Source: Fidelibacterota bacterium
Lineage (GTDB): Bacteria; Fidelibacterota; Fidelibacteria; Fidelibacterales; Fidelibacteraceae
Direction of reading: 5' to 3'
NCBI GenBank assembly: GCA_034723415.1
Contig: JAYEOX010000087.1
Coordinates: forward strand, 1 to 42,606
DNA: 42,606 bases
The notes under the pieces were generated by a model. The model ran no database searches. It saw nothing but the letters and a program-made list of their open reading frames with translations, and was not told the DNA's origin. Numbering within the stretch: position 1 is the stretch's first letter; every line of letters begins with the position of its first letter. The translations under genes were made by a program, and so were the position numbers. This document shows, one piece after another, positions 19,526 through 29,971 of this stretch.

Positions 19526-20707
19526 ATGAATGAAATACTAATTACAAATCCTTTTGGATTGCTAGCGGTATTATTAACTATACCGGCGATAATTTTCTTT
19601 ATTAAATCGCATACCGAATTTGGGAAAAAATTGTTCGGTGTTGTACCGGCTTTAGTTTTTGCCTATTTCGTCCCGACAATTTTAACATTTTTTAATATTA
19701 TTCCTCCGGAATCCATTATTTACAGTAAAATTAAGACCTTTGTACTTCCGGCGAGTTTGTTACTATTGACATTAGCAGTTGACATTCATGGAATATTAAG
19801 ATTAGGTAATAAAGCAGTGATCATGTTTTTGACGGGAACGCTTGGAGTAGTTATTGGCGGCCCGATTTCGTTATGGATTTTCAGAAATCATTTACCACCG
19901 GAAATTTGGCGAGGAATGTCTGCTTTAGCAGGTTCTTGGATCGGTGGCGGAGCAAATTTTATTGCTATTGGAAGTTCGGTTGGAGCAACTGCAGATATGA
20001 TGGGAATGATGGTTGTGGTTGATGTTGTAGTAGCTAATCTTCTTACCGGAACATTGTTGTTTTTTGCTGGAAAATATGAAAAGATAGATAAGAAATTAGG
20101 AGCGGATAATACGGCTATTATAGAATTAAAGGATAAGGTAGTAGCATTTAGAAAAAAAGCCATGAGGATTGCAACAACTACTGATTACATGGTTTTATTT
20201 GCATTAGCATTTGGCGGATCATTTATTGCATATAAATTGGGAAATCTTCTACCGGAAATAGGTGAAATCGTTTCACATTCCACTTGGAAAGTAATTATTA
20301 TTACAAGTATGGGGGTTGCTTTTTCATTTACGAGAATAAAAAATTATGAAGGAGCCGGTGCATCAAAATTGGGTACTGTAATGTTATATTTATTAATTGG
20401 TGTTATTGGAGCAAGTGCAGATTTAAAAGCAATATTTGAATATCCAATGCTCTTTGCAATGAGTTTGACTTGGATATTAGTTCATGTTATCTTAATGATT
20501 ATTGTGATGAAATTAATAAAAGCTCCGCTCTTTTTTATGGCAGTTGGTTCACAGGCAAATATTGGTGGTGCTGCTTCTGCTCCGATAGTTGCCTCAGCTT
20601 TTCATCCTGCATTAGCTTCAGTAGGTGTGATGTTAGGAATTGCCGGATATGTGCTGGGAACTTATGCAGCATTAATTTGTGCAACATTATTGAAGTTGGT
20701 GCATTAG
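19526..20707 (+). CDS. DUF819-family polytopic membrane protein (putative transporter)
   Basis: GSWIGGGANF, GSQANIGGAASAP; about 11 hydrophobic segments. Confidence 0.85.
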   Translation: MNEILITNPFGLLAVLLTIPAIIFFIKSHTEFGKKLFGVVPALVFAYFVPTILTFFNIIPPESIIYSKIKTFVLPASLLLLTLAVDIHGILRLGNKAVIMFLTGTLGVVIGGPISLWIFRNHLPPEIWRGMSALAGSWIGGGANFIAIGSSVGATADMMGMMVVVDVVVANLLTGTLLFFAGKYEKIDKKLGADNTAIIELKDKVVAFRKKAMRIATTTDYMVLFALAFGGSFIAYKLGNLLPEIGEIVSHSTWKVIIITSMGVAFSFTRIKNYEGAGASKLGTVMLYLLIGVIGASADLKAIFEYPMLFAMSLTWILVHVILMIIVMKLIKAPLFFMAVGSQANIGGAASAPIVASAFHPALASVGVMLGIAGYVLGTYAALICATLLKLVH

Positions 20708-20773
20708 AAAGTAGGAAATAGAAAGCAGAAAGCAGAAAGCAGAGACAGAGAGTAGAATTTAAAGATTAGAATA
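20705..20773 (+). repeat. Heptamer tandem repeat (YAGAAAG-like) starting at the DUF819 stop
   Basis: TAGAAAG TAGGAAA TAGAAAG CAGAAAG CAGAAAG CAGAGAC ... TAGAATT TAAAGAT TAGAATA. Confidence 0.85.
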
Positions 20774-20784
20774 AAAGGAAAAGC

Positions 20785-21855
20785 ATGATATATATTATTT
20801 CCACAATTGTTGTTTTAGGAATATTAGTTTTTATTCATGAATTTGGGCATTTTATTGCTGCAAAAATAGTTGGTATAAGAGTTGATAAATTTTCACTTGG
20901 TTTTCCTCCAAAAATAGTTGGAAAGAAGATCGGTGAAACAGAATATTGCCTCTCTTGGATCCCGCTTGGTGGATATGTAAAATTAGCCGGAATGATGGAT
21001 GAAAGTATGGATGAGGATTATGCTAAAAATCCGATTGAACCTTATGAATATAGGGCAAAAAAATGGTGGCAAAAAATATTTGTAGCAAGTGCCGGTGTAA
21101 TTATGAACTTACTGTTAGCAATATTAATTTTTACAATATTTACATTTAAAACAGGTATTCCGGATGTAAGTAACGATCCAATAATTAATGAAATTGCTAA
21201 GGACATGCCGGCAGCAGAAGTCGGTTTACAGAGTGGAGATAGAATTATTTCTGTAAATGGTTATAAAATTGAAAAATGGGAAGATATGTCAGATGTAATT
21301 CACAATTTTGCCGGTAAGAAAATTTCTTTAAAATATGAACGATCTAATGAAGTTAAAACTGTGAAATTGACTCCAGTATTACAACAAACAGTAGTAAATG
21401 GCTCGATTACAAAAGTTGGCATGATTGGAATATCCGGGAAAATTGAATATCATTCGGCTAATTTTGGTGAAGCTATCTCATCAGGAGTTAAAACGACATA
21501 TTATTGGTTTAAATTAACAGTTTCTTCATTAGGAATGTTGATAAAAGGAGAAGAGAGTTTAAAAAATGTTGGTGGATTAGTGATGATCGGTCAGTTAGCC
21601 GGAGAATCGGCAAGAAATGGATTAATGTCTCTATTCTCTTTGATTGCAATATTAAGTGTAAATCTTGCTTTTATAAATATTTTACCAATTCCAGCTTTAG
21701 ATGGTGGACATATTATTATTGCAATAATAGAGGGAATAATTGGCAGAGAGTTAAACATTAAAGTAAAAATGGCAATTCAACAGATTGGAACTTTTCTTTT
21801 ATTAGGATTAATTGTTTTGGTTATGATAAATGATATTTCAAGGTTATTTAGATAA
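20785..21855 (+). CDS. rseP: RIP metalloprotease RseP
   Basis: HEFGH, PLGGYVK, PDZ domain, NILPIPALDGGH. Confidence 0.95.
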   Translation: MIYIISTIVVLGILVFIHEFGHFIAAKIVGIRVDKFSLGFPPKIVGKKIGETEYCLSWIPLGGYVKLAGMMDESMDEDYAKNPIEPYEYRAKKWWQKIFVASAGVIMNLLLAILIFTIFTFKTGIPDVSNDPIINEIAKDMPAAEVGLQSGDRIISVNGYKIEKWEDMSDVIHNFAGKKISLKYERSNEVKTVKLTPVLQQTVVNGSITKVGMIGISGKIEYHSANFGEAISSGVKTTYYWFKLTVSSLGMLIKGEESLKNVGGLVMIGQLAGESARNGLMSLFSLIAILSVNLAFINILPIPALDGGHIIIAIIEGIIGRELNIKVKMAIQQIGTFLLLGLIVLVMINDISRLFR

Positions 21856-22040
21856 AATAATATGAACTATTAACTATTGGAAGTATTTGATTAACTTAAA
21901 CAACATTTATAAAAAATCACAAATAAGTGCTTGGTGGTAGCAAAATATTTATGTATTTTATTAGGATGTAAAATTGGAGTATATTAGTTGTTATACCGTT
22001 GTAGATATAGTTGTGCAAAGTTAAAAGAAATGAGGATAAG

Positions 22041-22301
22041 TTGAAACAAAATCAAAAAAAGTCAAATGATAATTCTATAATTTGGGATCATAAAATATTT
22101 AAAGTATATAAAGATGATATAGATATTAAAAAATTAGAAAATGATTTTTTTTCTGATGATATAAATCATATTTTTGTTGATGATATTAAAAATGAATATG
22201 AAATGTTAACATTTGATGGATGGAAATATAGCTTTGGGTTTACATTAGATAACAATTCTTTTTGTTTGATATATAATAAACCTATTGATGAGAAATTGTA
22301 A
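22041..22301 (+). CDS. Small hypothetical protein, weakly DUF4177-like
   Basis: TTG at 22041 follows GAGG. The pattern WDHKIF...FDGWKY...YNKP resembles the recalled WEYK...EGWELV...FKRP. Confidence 0.45.
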   Translation: MKQNQKKSNDNSIIWDHKIFKVYKDDIDIKKLENDFFSDDINHIFVDDIKNEYEMLTFDGWKYSFGFTLDNNSFCLIYNKPIDEKL

Positions 22302-22363
22302 TTGTTTAAATGATTAAACAATATAAAAATAATAATTTTAGATAGTTGTAAAATTCAAAAATA

Positions 22364-23104
22364 ATGAAAAATAAAATTATTGAAGGGAATAAAAATCTAC
22401 CAAAGCACATTGCTATTATAATGGATGGCAACGGACGATGGGCAAGTAAAAAAAATTTACCACGCATTGCAGGACATCGAGAAGGTATTAATTCAGTTAG
22501 AGAAATAGTAAGATTAAGTGGTGAAATCGGCATTGAATATTTAACATTATATACATTTTCCAAAGAAAATTGGCAAAGACCGAAATCTGAAGTAAATGCA
22601 TTAATGAGTTTATTATCCAGCACGATAAAAAAGGAAATAAATGAATTAGACAGGAACAATGTAAGGTTACAGATCATTGGAAATATTAGTGAGATTCCTA
22701 AAAAGACACGAGAAGATTTATTGAAAGGAGTTGAAAAGACGAAAAGTAATACCGGATTGACTTTAGTACTTGCATTAAGTTATGGCAGCAGAGAAGAAAT
22801 ATTAAATACTGTAAAGCAAATTGCTAAAGAAGTCGAAATGGGAAAGTATTCATCAAAAAATATTTGTGAGAAAACTATAATCAATAAATTATACACAAAA
22901 AATATACCCGATCCTGATTTGATTATTAGAACAAGTGGAGAATTTAGAGTAAGCAATTTCTTATTATGGCAATCAGCGTATTCGGAATATTACATTACAT
23001 CAGTATATTGGCCGGCATTTAGAAAAGAGGAATATTTTAAGGCAATAGATAACTATTTAAATAGAGAAAGAAGATATGGTAAAATAAGTGAACAGATTAA
23101 ATAA
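22364..23104 (+). CDS. uppS: Undecaprenyl diphosphate synthase
   Basis: HIAIIMDGNGRWA, FSKENWQRP, DLIIRTSGEFRVSNFLLWQ. Confidence 0.96.
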   Translation: MKNKIIEGNKNLPKHIAIIMDGNGRWASKKNLPRIAGHREGINSVREIVRLSGEIGIEYLTLYTFSKENWQRPKSEVNALMSLLSSTIKKEINELDRNNVRLQIIGNISEIPKKTREDLLKGVEKTKSNTGLTLVLALSYGSREEILNTVKQIAKEVEMGKYSSKNICEKTIINKLYTKNIPDPDLIIRTSGEFRVSNFLLWQSAYSEYYITSVYWPAFRKEEYFKAIDNYLNRERRYGKISEQIK

Positions 23105-23122
23105 AAAGAGAAAGAAAGAATA

Positions 23123-25483
23123 ATGATGATATTTAAAAAATTGGAAAAAATTAAAAGAGTTTTATTTATTTTTATACTTTTAATACTGCATATAATATTT
23201 TTTACTATTAGCGGATTTAGTCAATCACAAAAAATTAATGTATTAAATGTAAGTGTTGAAGGTGCTCAAACAGCATCTACAAAAATTATTAAAATAAATT
23301 CAGGATTTGTTTCAGGTGCAGAATTAACAGGTGAAGATATTCAAGATGGAATAAAAAAACTTTGGGAATTAGGATTATTTAGTGATATAAAAGTTATTAT
23401 TGATAAGGAAACATCAAATGGTGTTTATCTGATTGTGAAAGTAGCAGAGTATCCACGATTAAGCGAAATAAAATACAATGGTAATAAAAAATACAAATCT
23501 AAGGAAATCAAAGAGGATATTTCATTATTTAGAGGGCAAATAATTACTCCTCATTTAATTAATAAAGCTGTTAGAAAGATAAAAGAAAAATATAATGAGG
23601 ACGGATTTTATAATGCCAATATAGATGTATCAACAAAAAATGTTGATGAAAAAGGAACTAAGATAGATATTATTTTTGATATAGAAGAGGGCAGTAAAGT
23701 AAAAATTAGAGACATTGAAATTATTGGTAATAAAATTTTTAGTGATTTTCGTTTAAAGTTACTTGTCCTTAAAGGCACAAATCAAACAGGATGGTATAAA
23801 TTATTTTTTGGTGGGAAATTTGATAAGGAAAAATTCAAAGAAGATAAAAAGAAATTATTAAAGTTTTATCGAGATCATGGTTATCGTGATGCAAGGATTG
23901 TAAAAGAAAAAGTTGAATTAAGTAAAGATAAGAAGAAATTAGCTATTAAAATTTATCTTAAAGAGGGTCCCAAATATTATTATGGCGATGTTTCAATAGA
24001 AGGCAATGAAAAATATAGCACCGATTTTTTATTAAATAATTTGAAAAATGCCGGGATAAATAGAGGAGAAGAATTTAAAGAAGATGATTTTGAAGCAACG
24101 GTTGATGCCAGAATTCGAAGTATTTATATGGATACAGGTTATTTATTTGCGGAAATCATACCTGAACTAAAGCCAATTGGGAATGATACATTAAATGTAA
24201 AAATACAAATTACAGAAAATCAGATTGTAAAGATCAGAAATATTAATATTATAGGCAACGATAGGACTCGAGATTATGTAATTCGAAGAGAATTAAGGGT
24301 GTTCCCCGGGGATATTTTTAATCGTGAAAAGTTAATACGATCTCAAAGAGAAGTTTATATGCTCAATTATTTTCAAGATGTTCAACCGGAGATATTACCT
24401 CAAGATGAAGAACATATTGACCTAGAAATTTCTGTAGAAGAGAAATCAAGTGATAGAATAAACGCCTCAATTGGATATAGCGAAATGAATGGTTTTATCG
24501 GAAGTGTTGGAGTTGATATAAACAATCTTGGTGGAAGAGGACAGCAATTATCTACACAATATAGTCGTTCCTATTCATATCAGAATGTTAGTGTTGGTTT
24601 TACTGAGCCGTGGCTTTTAGGGCGTCCGAATTTGGTGGGAGCAAGTTTTTATTATTCAGAACGGAGCCAAACTACAAGGTATTATCAGCCATATAGTAGT
24701 GATATTATTGGAGTATCTGTAAGATTCGGGAGAAGGTTTAGATGGCCGGATAGTTATTTTAGAGGTAATTGGAGTTTTGCAATATCACGGAAGGAATATT
24801 CTGATATTGACGAAGGTTCTGTCTATGAACAATATTTGCAAGAAGGTCAAGAGACCAAAGAAAGAAGTATTACTCAGATAATATCAAGAAATAGCAGAAG
24901 TCATCCGGAATATCCACAAGATGGTTCATCAATTAGTTTAATTTCAAAATTTTCTGGTGGGTTATTAGGCGGTGATGAGAATTTTGTAAAAAATCAGTTA
25001 AAAATTGAATGGTGGACACCAATTGTAAAGAATTTAGTGTTCTATCAGAATTTGGAAATGGGATTATTAAATGAATTTGATAAAAATTCGATTATTCCCT
25101 ATCAAGAATATTTTCAAATGGGTGGAATTAGTATGGTCCAATATGTTACTTCATTAAGAGGATATCAAGATCAATCAGTTGGTCCGCCACAATCAAATTA
25201 TGCAGTTGGAAATGCGATGTTAAAATATTCTATGGAAATGCGATTTCTTGTTTCTCCGAATCCAACGATGTATGTTTTTGGTTTTTCTGAAACAGGTAGA
25301 GTGTGGAATGATTTTAAAGATATAAAATTAAATGAGATGGTTAGGTCAGCAGGTGTTGGTGCGAGAATATATATGCCAATGGTTGGGATGTTAGGTTTTG
25401 ACATAGGATATGGTTTTGATGATATTGTAAGAGATGACAATATTGGCTGGGAAACACATTTTGTTTTTGGCAGATCATTTTAA
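23123..25483 (+). CDS. bamA: Outer membrane protein assembly factor BamA
   Basis: POTRA repeats (GNDRTRDYVIRRE), LRGY motif, C-terminal Phe. Confidence 0.93.
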   Translation: MMIFKKLEKIKRVLFIFILLILHIIFFTISGFSQSQKINVLNVSVEGAQTASTKIIKINSGFVSGAELTGEDIQDGIKKLWELGLFSDIKVIIDKETSNGVYLIVKVAEYPRLSEIKYNGNKKYKSKEIKEDISLFRGQIITPHLINKAVRKIKEKYNEDGFYNANIDVSTKNVDEKGTKIDIIFDIEEGSKVKIRDIEIIGNKIFSDFRLKLLVLKGTNQTGWYKLFFGGKFDKEKFKEDKKKLLKFYRDHGYRDARIVKEKVELSKDKKKLAIKIYLKEGPKYYYGDVSIEGNEKYSTDFLLNNLKNAGINRGEEFKEDDFEATVDARIRSIYMDTGYLFAEIIPELKPIGNDTLNVKIQITENQIVKIRNINIIGNDRTRDYVIRRELRVFPGDIFNREKLIRSQREVYMLNYFQDVQPEILPQDEEHIDLEISVEEKSSDRINASIGYSEMNGFIGSVGVDINNLGGRGQQLSTQYSRSYSYQNVSVGFTEPWLLGRPNLVGASFYYSERSQTTRYYQPYSSDIIGVSVRFGRRFRWPDSYFRGNWSFAISRKEYSDIDEGSVYEQYLQEGQETKERSITQIISRNSRSHPEYPQDGSSISLISKFSGGLLGGDENFVKNQLKIEWWTPIVKNLVFYQNLEMGLLNEFDKNSIIPYQEYFQMGGISMVQYVTSLRGYQDQSVGPPQSNYAVGNAMLKYSMEMRFLVSPNPTMYVFGFSETGRVWNDFKDIKLNEMVRSAGVGARIYMPMVGMLGFDIGYGFDDIVRDDNIGWETHFVFGRSF

Positions 25484-25550
25484 ATAAAAAAATAATTAGT
25501 AAATTAAATATAATTTTTGTAAATTAATAAGATAAAAAAGGAGTGTTAAA

Positions 25551-26063
25551 ATGAAACGTATTATAATTGTTTTACTGTTTTTGAGTGTTGTTGTTTCTAG
25601 TGTATTTGCTGAAGGAATGAAAATTGGATATGTGAATTCAGAACAGATATTATCTGAATATAAAGAAGCAGTTGATGCAATGGCAAAATTAGAAACAGAA
25701 AGTAAAAAAATGCAAGAAGAATTTAAGGCAATGCAACAAAAAGGGCAAGAATTATTGCAAGAATATGAAAAGAAAAAATTTGTTGCTACCGACTCATGGA
25801 AAAAAGATAAACAGAAGGAAATTGAAGAGTTGCAAATAAAAATCCAAAATTATCAAATGGAAAAATTCGGTAATAATGGAGAAATTTATCAAAAAGAATC
25901 AGAATACCTTGGACCAATATTGGAAAAGATTAATAAGATATTAAAAGAAATTGGTGAAGAAGATGGATATGATTATATTTTGGACGCATCAAAAGGATCT
26001 ATCGTTTTTGCTGACCCAACTTTAGATTTAACAAATGTTGTATTAAGGGAATTAAGGAAATAA
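25551..26063 (+). CDS. skp: OmpH/Skp periplasmic chaperone
   Basis: Signal peptide, KIGYVN, coiled coil, GYDYILD, DLT..VL. Confidence 0.9.
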   Translation: MKRIIIVLLFLSVVVSSVFAEGMKIGYVNSEQILSEYKEAVDAMAKLETESKKMQEEFKAMQQKGQELLQEYEKKKFVATDSWKKDKQKEIEELQIKIQNYQMEKFGNNGEIYQKESEYLGPILEKINKILKEIGEEDGYDYILDASKGSIVFADPTLDLTNVVLRELRK

Positions 26064-26066
26064 CTT

Positions 26067-27026
26067 GTGTCCATGACCCTTGCAGAAATCGGGAGTTTTT
26101 TAGGGCTTGAATATAAAGGAGATGCTGGAATCATTATTCACAGTGTAAGTGAAATTCAAAATGCTCAAAAAAATGAAATTACTTTTATTGGTAATAATAA
26201 ATATAAAAAATATTTAAAAGATACAAAAGCTTCTGTTGTAATTGTAAGGAAGGAATTAGAAGGTCAATTTGATAATTTGATAATTTCCAACGATCCTCAA
26301 GCTGCAATGGCAAAAATAAGTCATTTGTTTTTACCTGATAGAGGATTAGTGAAAAGGGAAATTCATCCCAAAGCTATGATTGATCCTACTGCAAAAATTA
26401 ATAAAAATTGTAATATTGGTGCAAATTCTGTTATTGGAAGAGATGTTGAAATTGGCGATAATGTTATAATTTATCCAAATGTTACAATTTATGATAATGT
26501 AGAAATTAAAGATAATTGCATCATTCATGCTGGGACGGTTATTGGAAGTGATGGATTTGGCTTCACATTTGATAAAAATAAGTTTAATAAAATTCCTCAG
26601 TTAGGAAAAGTAATAATAGAAAGAGATGTAGAAATCGGTGCCAATTGCTGTATTGATAGAGGATCAATTGGAAATACGATTATTGACGAAGGGACAAAAA
26701 TTGACAATCATGTTCATATTGCTCATAATGTAAAAATTGGTAAACATTGTGCATTTGCCGGACAGTCAGGGATTGCCGGTGGAGCAGTTATTGGTGATTA
26801 TTGTGTTTTTGGCGGCAAATCTGCGATTAACGGACATGTTCATATTGGGAATCAGGTCAAAGTTGCAGCTATGACTGGTGTTACCAAAGATGTAAAAGAT
26901 AGAATGATAGTTAGTGGAATTCCTGCTATATCAATTAGAGAATTTAGAAAACGAGAAGCGATATTAAGGAAACTACCTGAGATTTATTATGGATTGAAGG
27001 ATATTTTAAAAAAAGGCAAAAAATGA
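26067..27026 (+). CDS. lpxD: UDP-3-O-acyl-glucosamine N-acyltransferase
   Basis: Hexapeptide repeats, [24 protein letters not shown]. Confidence 0.94.
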   Translation: MSMTLAEIGSFLGLEYKGDAGIIIHSVSEIQNAQKNEITFIGNNKYKKYLKDTKASVVIVRKELEGQFDNLIISNDPQAAMAKISHLFLPDRGLVKREIHPKAMIDPTAKINKNCNIGANSVIGRDVEIGDNVIIYPNVTIYDNVEIKDNCIIHAGTVIGSDGFGFTFDKNKFNKIPQLGKVIIERDVEIGANCCIDRGSIGNTIIDEGTKIDNHVHIAHNVKIGKHCAFAGQSGIAGGAVIGDYCVFGGKSAINGHVHIGNQVKVAAMTGVTKDVKDRMIVSGIPAISIREFRKREAILRKLPEIYYGLKDILKKGKK

Positions 27027-28429
27027 TTGCAAAAAATCAACATACAATTAAAGAAAAAGCATGTGTATCAGGTATTGGACTTCATACAGGTATTAAATCA
27101 AAATTGACATTTAGACCAGCAAAACCTAATACAGGAATTAGATTTTTAAGAACAGATTTAGAAAAACCAATTGAAATTCCTGCAGATATTGAACATGTTG
27201 TGGATATTTCAAGAGGTACAAAATTAGGCATTAATGGAAATGAAATACATACTGTTGAGCATGTTTTAGCGGCAGTTTCAGGATTAGAAATAGATAATTT
27301 GTTGATAGAATTGTCAGGCCCTGAACCACCTGTTATGGATGGTAGTGCAAAACCATTTGTTGATGCATTACTTTCTGCTAGAATTGTTGAGCAAGAAGCA
27401 GTGCGGAAAAAATTAATTATTGATAAAACTGTTACTTTTAATGATCCTGCGGAAGAAGTGGATATTCATGTTACACCATCCGATCGTTTTCGGATTACTT
27501 TTATGGTTCAATATGATGATGAAGTAAATATTGGAACACAATATTATGCAATATATTCACTTTCTGATAATTTTATAAATGAAATTGCCCCTGCAAGAAC
27601 TTTTAGTTTATTAAGTGAAGTAGAATCGCTGAAAAATAATGGTTTGATCAAGGGTGGTAATTTAGATAATGCAATTATTTTTGTAGATAAACCAATTGAA
27701 AAATCGGAAAAAGAAAAGTTAAAAAAATTGTTTAACATTAAAGATACAATAACAATCGGTGAAAAAGGTATTTTAAATAATCGTAGACTTAGATATCCAA
27801 ATGAACCTGTTAGACATAAAATATTGGATCTAATTGGAGATTTGTGTTTACTTGGAGTCCCTATGCAAGGCCATGTTGTTGCTGCTCGCAGTGGACATCG
27901 TTCTAATGTTGAATTAGTTAAAAAAATTAGAAGAATGTTCAATAAACAGTTTATACAGAAAGAATTTGCAGAGGCAAGAAAAGAACAGGAATTTATTTCA
28001 ATTGATATTGAAACAATTACAAAAATTCTTCCTCATAGATATCCATTTTTAATGGTTGATCGAATTACTAAACTTACTCCTAAAAATAAAATAATTGCAA
28101 TCAAGAATGTATCTGTTAATGAACCATATTTTACCGGACATTTTCCTGAAAAACCAGTAATGCCAGGTGTGATGATTTTAGAAGCATTGGGACAAGCCGG
28201 AGGTGTTTTATTATTAAATTCTTTAGCTAATCCTGATAGTAAACTTGTAATGTTCACAAGTATGGATAAAGTTAAATTTCGCAAAGTAGTTACTCCAGGC
28301 GACCAACTGCAACTTAAAGTATCAATGGTCCGTCAAAGAGCTAATTTCACTGTAATGGAAGCGGCAGCTTATGTTGATGGGAAAATGGTTGCAAGTGCAA
28401 AATTAAGTGCAGCAATTACTGAAAAATAA
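27023..28429 (+). CDS. lpxC-fabZ: Bifunctional LpxC deacetylase / FabZ dehydratase
   Basis: [30 protein letters not shown]; then [23 protein letters not shown]. Confidence 0.95.
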   Translation: MIAKNQHTIKEKACVSGIGLHTGIKSKLTFRPAKPNTGIRFLRTDLEKPIEIPADIEHVVDISRGTKLGINGNEIHTVEHVLAAVSGLEIDNLLIELSGPEPPVMDGSAKPFVDALLSARIVEQEAVRKKLIIDKTVTFNDPAEEVDIHVTPSDRFRITFMVQYDDEVNIGTQYYAIYSLSDNFINEIAPARTFSLLSEVESLKNNGLIKGGNLDNAIIFVDKPIEKSEKEKLKKLFNIKDTITIGEKGILNNRRLRYPNEPVRHKILDLIGDLCLLGVPMQGHVVAARSGHRSNVELVKKIRRMFNKQFIQKEFAEARKEQEFISIDIETITKILPHRYPFLMVDRITKLTPKNKIIAIKNVSVNEPYFTGHFPEKPVMPGVMILEALGQAGGVLLLNSLANPDSKLVMFTSMDKVKFRKVVTPGDQLQLKVSMVRQRANFTVMEAAAYVDGKMVASAKLSAAITEK

Positions 28430-28441
28430 GTGTAAAGAATT

Positions 28442-29212
28442 GTGGAAAATATAAGTAATAAAGCCATAATAAATAAATCTGCTAAATTGGGTAATAATGT
28501 AAAAATTTATCCAAATGCGATTATTGATGAAGATGTGATAATTGGTGATAATACTATTATTAATTCAAATGCAATAATCAGATCCGGAGCAAGAATTGGA
28601 AAAAATTGTGAGATATTCCCCGGGGCAATTATTAGTGAAGTATGTCAAGATTTAAAATTTAATGGAATGAAAACATATGCTTATATTGGAGATGGGACAA
28701 TAATAAGGGAATATGCTACAATTCATAGAGGGACACAAGATAGAGGAGAAACTGTTATTGGGAAAAATTGCTTAATTATGGCTTATGTTCATATTGCTCA
28801 TGATTGTTTACTAAGAGATAATGTTATTATATCAAATCTTTCACAAATTGCAGGTCATGTTACGATAGAAAATTATGTTACGATAAGTGGAATGGTTCCT
28901 GTGCATCAATTTACTAAGCTCGGTTCACACTCCTTTATTGGTGGTGGTTATAGAGTTTCAAAGGATGTTCCGCCGTATATATTAGCTGCTGGTGAGCCAT
29001 TACAGTATAAAGGATTAAATGTTGTAGGGTTAAGGCGTCGTGGATTTAGTAATGAAAAGATCAAAGAATTAAAAAATATTTATAAAGTTATTTATCGATC
29101 TAAATATAATACCAAAGATGCTATTAAATATATTGAAAATAATTTTCAGCTTACAGATGAAAGTAAACATATAGTTGATTTTATTAAAAATAGTGAAAGA
29201 GGCATTCTATAA
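28442..29212 (+). CDS. lpxA: UDP-N-acetylglucosamine O-acyltransferase
   Basis: QDLKF, IREYATIHRGT, HIAHDC, VHQF, DVPPY, LNVVGLRRRG. Confidence 0.95.
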   Translation: MENISNKAIINKSAKLGNNVKIYPNAIIDEDVIIGDNTIINSNAIIRSGARIGKNCEIFPGAIISEVCQDLKFNGMKTYAYIGDGTIIREYATIHRGTQDRGETVIGKNCLIMAYVHIAHDCLLRDNVIISNLSQIAGHVTIENYVTISGMVPVHQFTKLGSHSFIGGGYRVSKDVPPYILAAGEPLQYKGLNVVGLRRRGFSNEKIKELKNIYKVIYRSKYNTKDAIKYIENNFQLTDESKHIVDFIKNSERGIL

Positions 29213-29254
29213 TTTATTATATTTTTATGCCTTGAATTTTCTGATAAGAGTAAA

Positions 29255-29941
29255 ATGGATTTAATTAGAAGCAAAGATAAAAGTAGTAAATACCTCCATG
29301 CTTTGGGAGGTTTTTTATTAATAATATCACTTATTTCTGTTTCGTTTTCTAATCCGCATACCGATATTTTAAATATTAATAATAAAGATGAAATCAAAGA
29401 TTTATTGGCTACAGTAGATTTAATGAGTTATGATACAAAAATTACAGAGACGGAAATAAATTTCCATTTGAACTATTTGTCTAAATTAGATCTGTATTTT
29501 CCTGTTTTTGGAACAAATATTAATTTGTATGATAATTATAGTATAAATACCGGATTTGGAATTGCCGATTTTTATGGTAACTCGTTAGAATATTATTTAA
29601 TATCTGTAAATTACAAAAAAGTAATAAGAGATTCATCGAATTATCTTATTTCTGTTTCGCTCAATAAACGAATTATTAATAATATAAATTTTAAGAATAG
29701 AGTTGTTGCATTACGAATATTGATTGAAAGAAAATTTGGGAAAATGAAAGTTGGAGGTGGAGCTGAATGTGGTGTTGAGAATGGGCGATTTTCAAATAAC
29801 AATATTGTTTATAATTTAAAAGGAGATGAAGATATTAAGGTTGTTCCAATTCTTTATATTAAATTTGGCTTTTTGAATTTGATTGGTAAATATTGTCGTG
29901 GATATTTCGGTATTGGAATTAATATGGCAATAGCATTATAA
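29255..29941 (+). CDS. Hypothetical exported protein, possibly beta-barrel
   Basis: N-terminal hydrophobic segment, alternating beta-strand pattern; co-oriented within the operon. Confidence 0.6.
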   Translation: MDLIRSKDKSSKYLHALGGFLLIISLISVSFSNPHTDILNINNKDEIKDLLATVDLMSYDTKITETEINFHLNYLSKLDLYFPVFGTNINLYDNYSINTGFGIADFYGNSLEYYLISVNYKKVIRDSSNYLISVSLNKRIINNINFKNRVVALRILIERKFGKMKVGGGAECGVENGRFSNNNIVYNLKGDEDIKVVPILYIKFGFLNLIGKYCRGYFGIGINMAIAL

Positions 29942-29971
29942 TATTTTATATTAAAAAGAGGATTTAATCAG

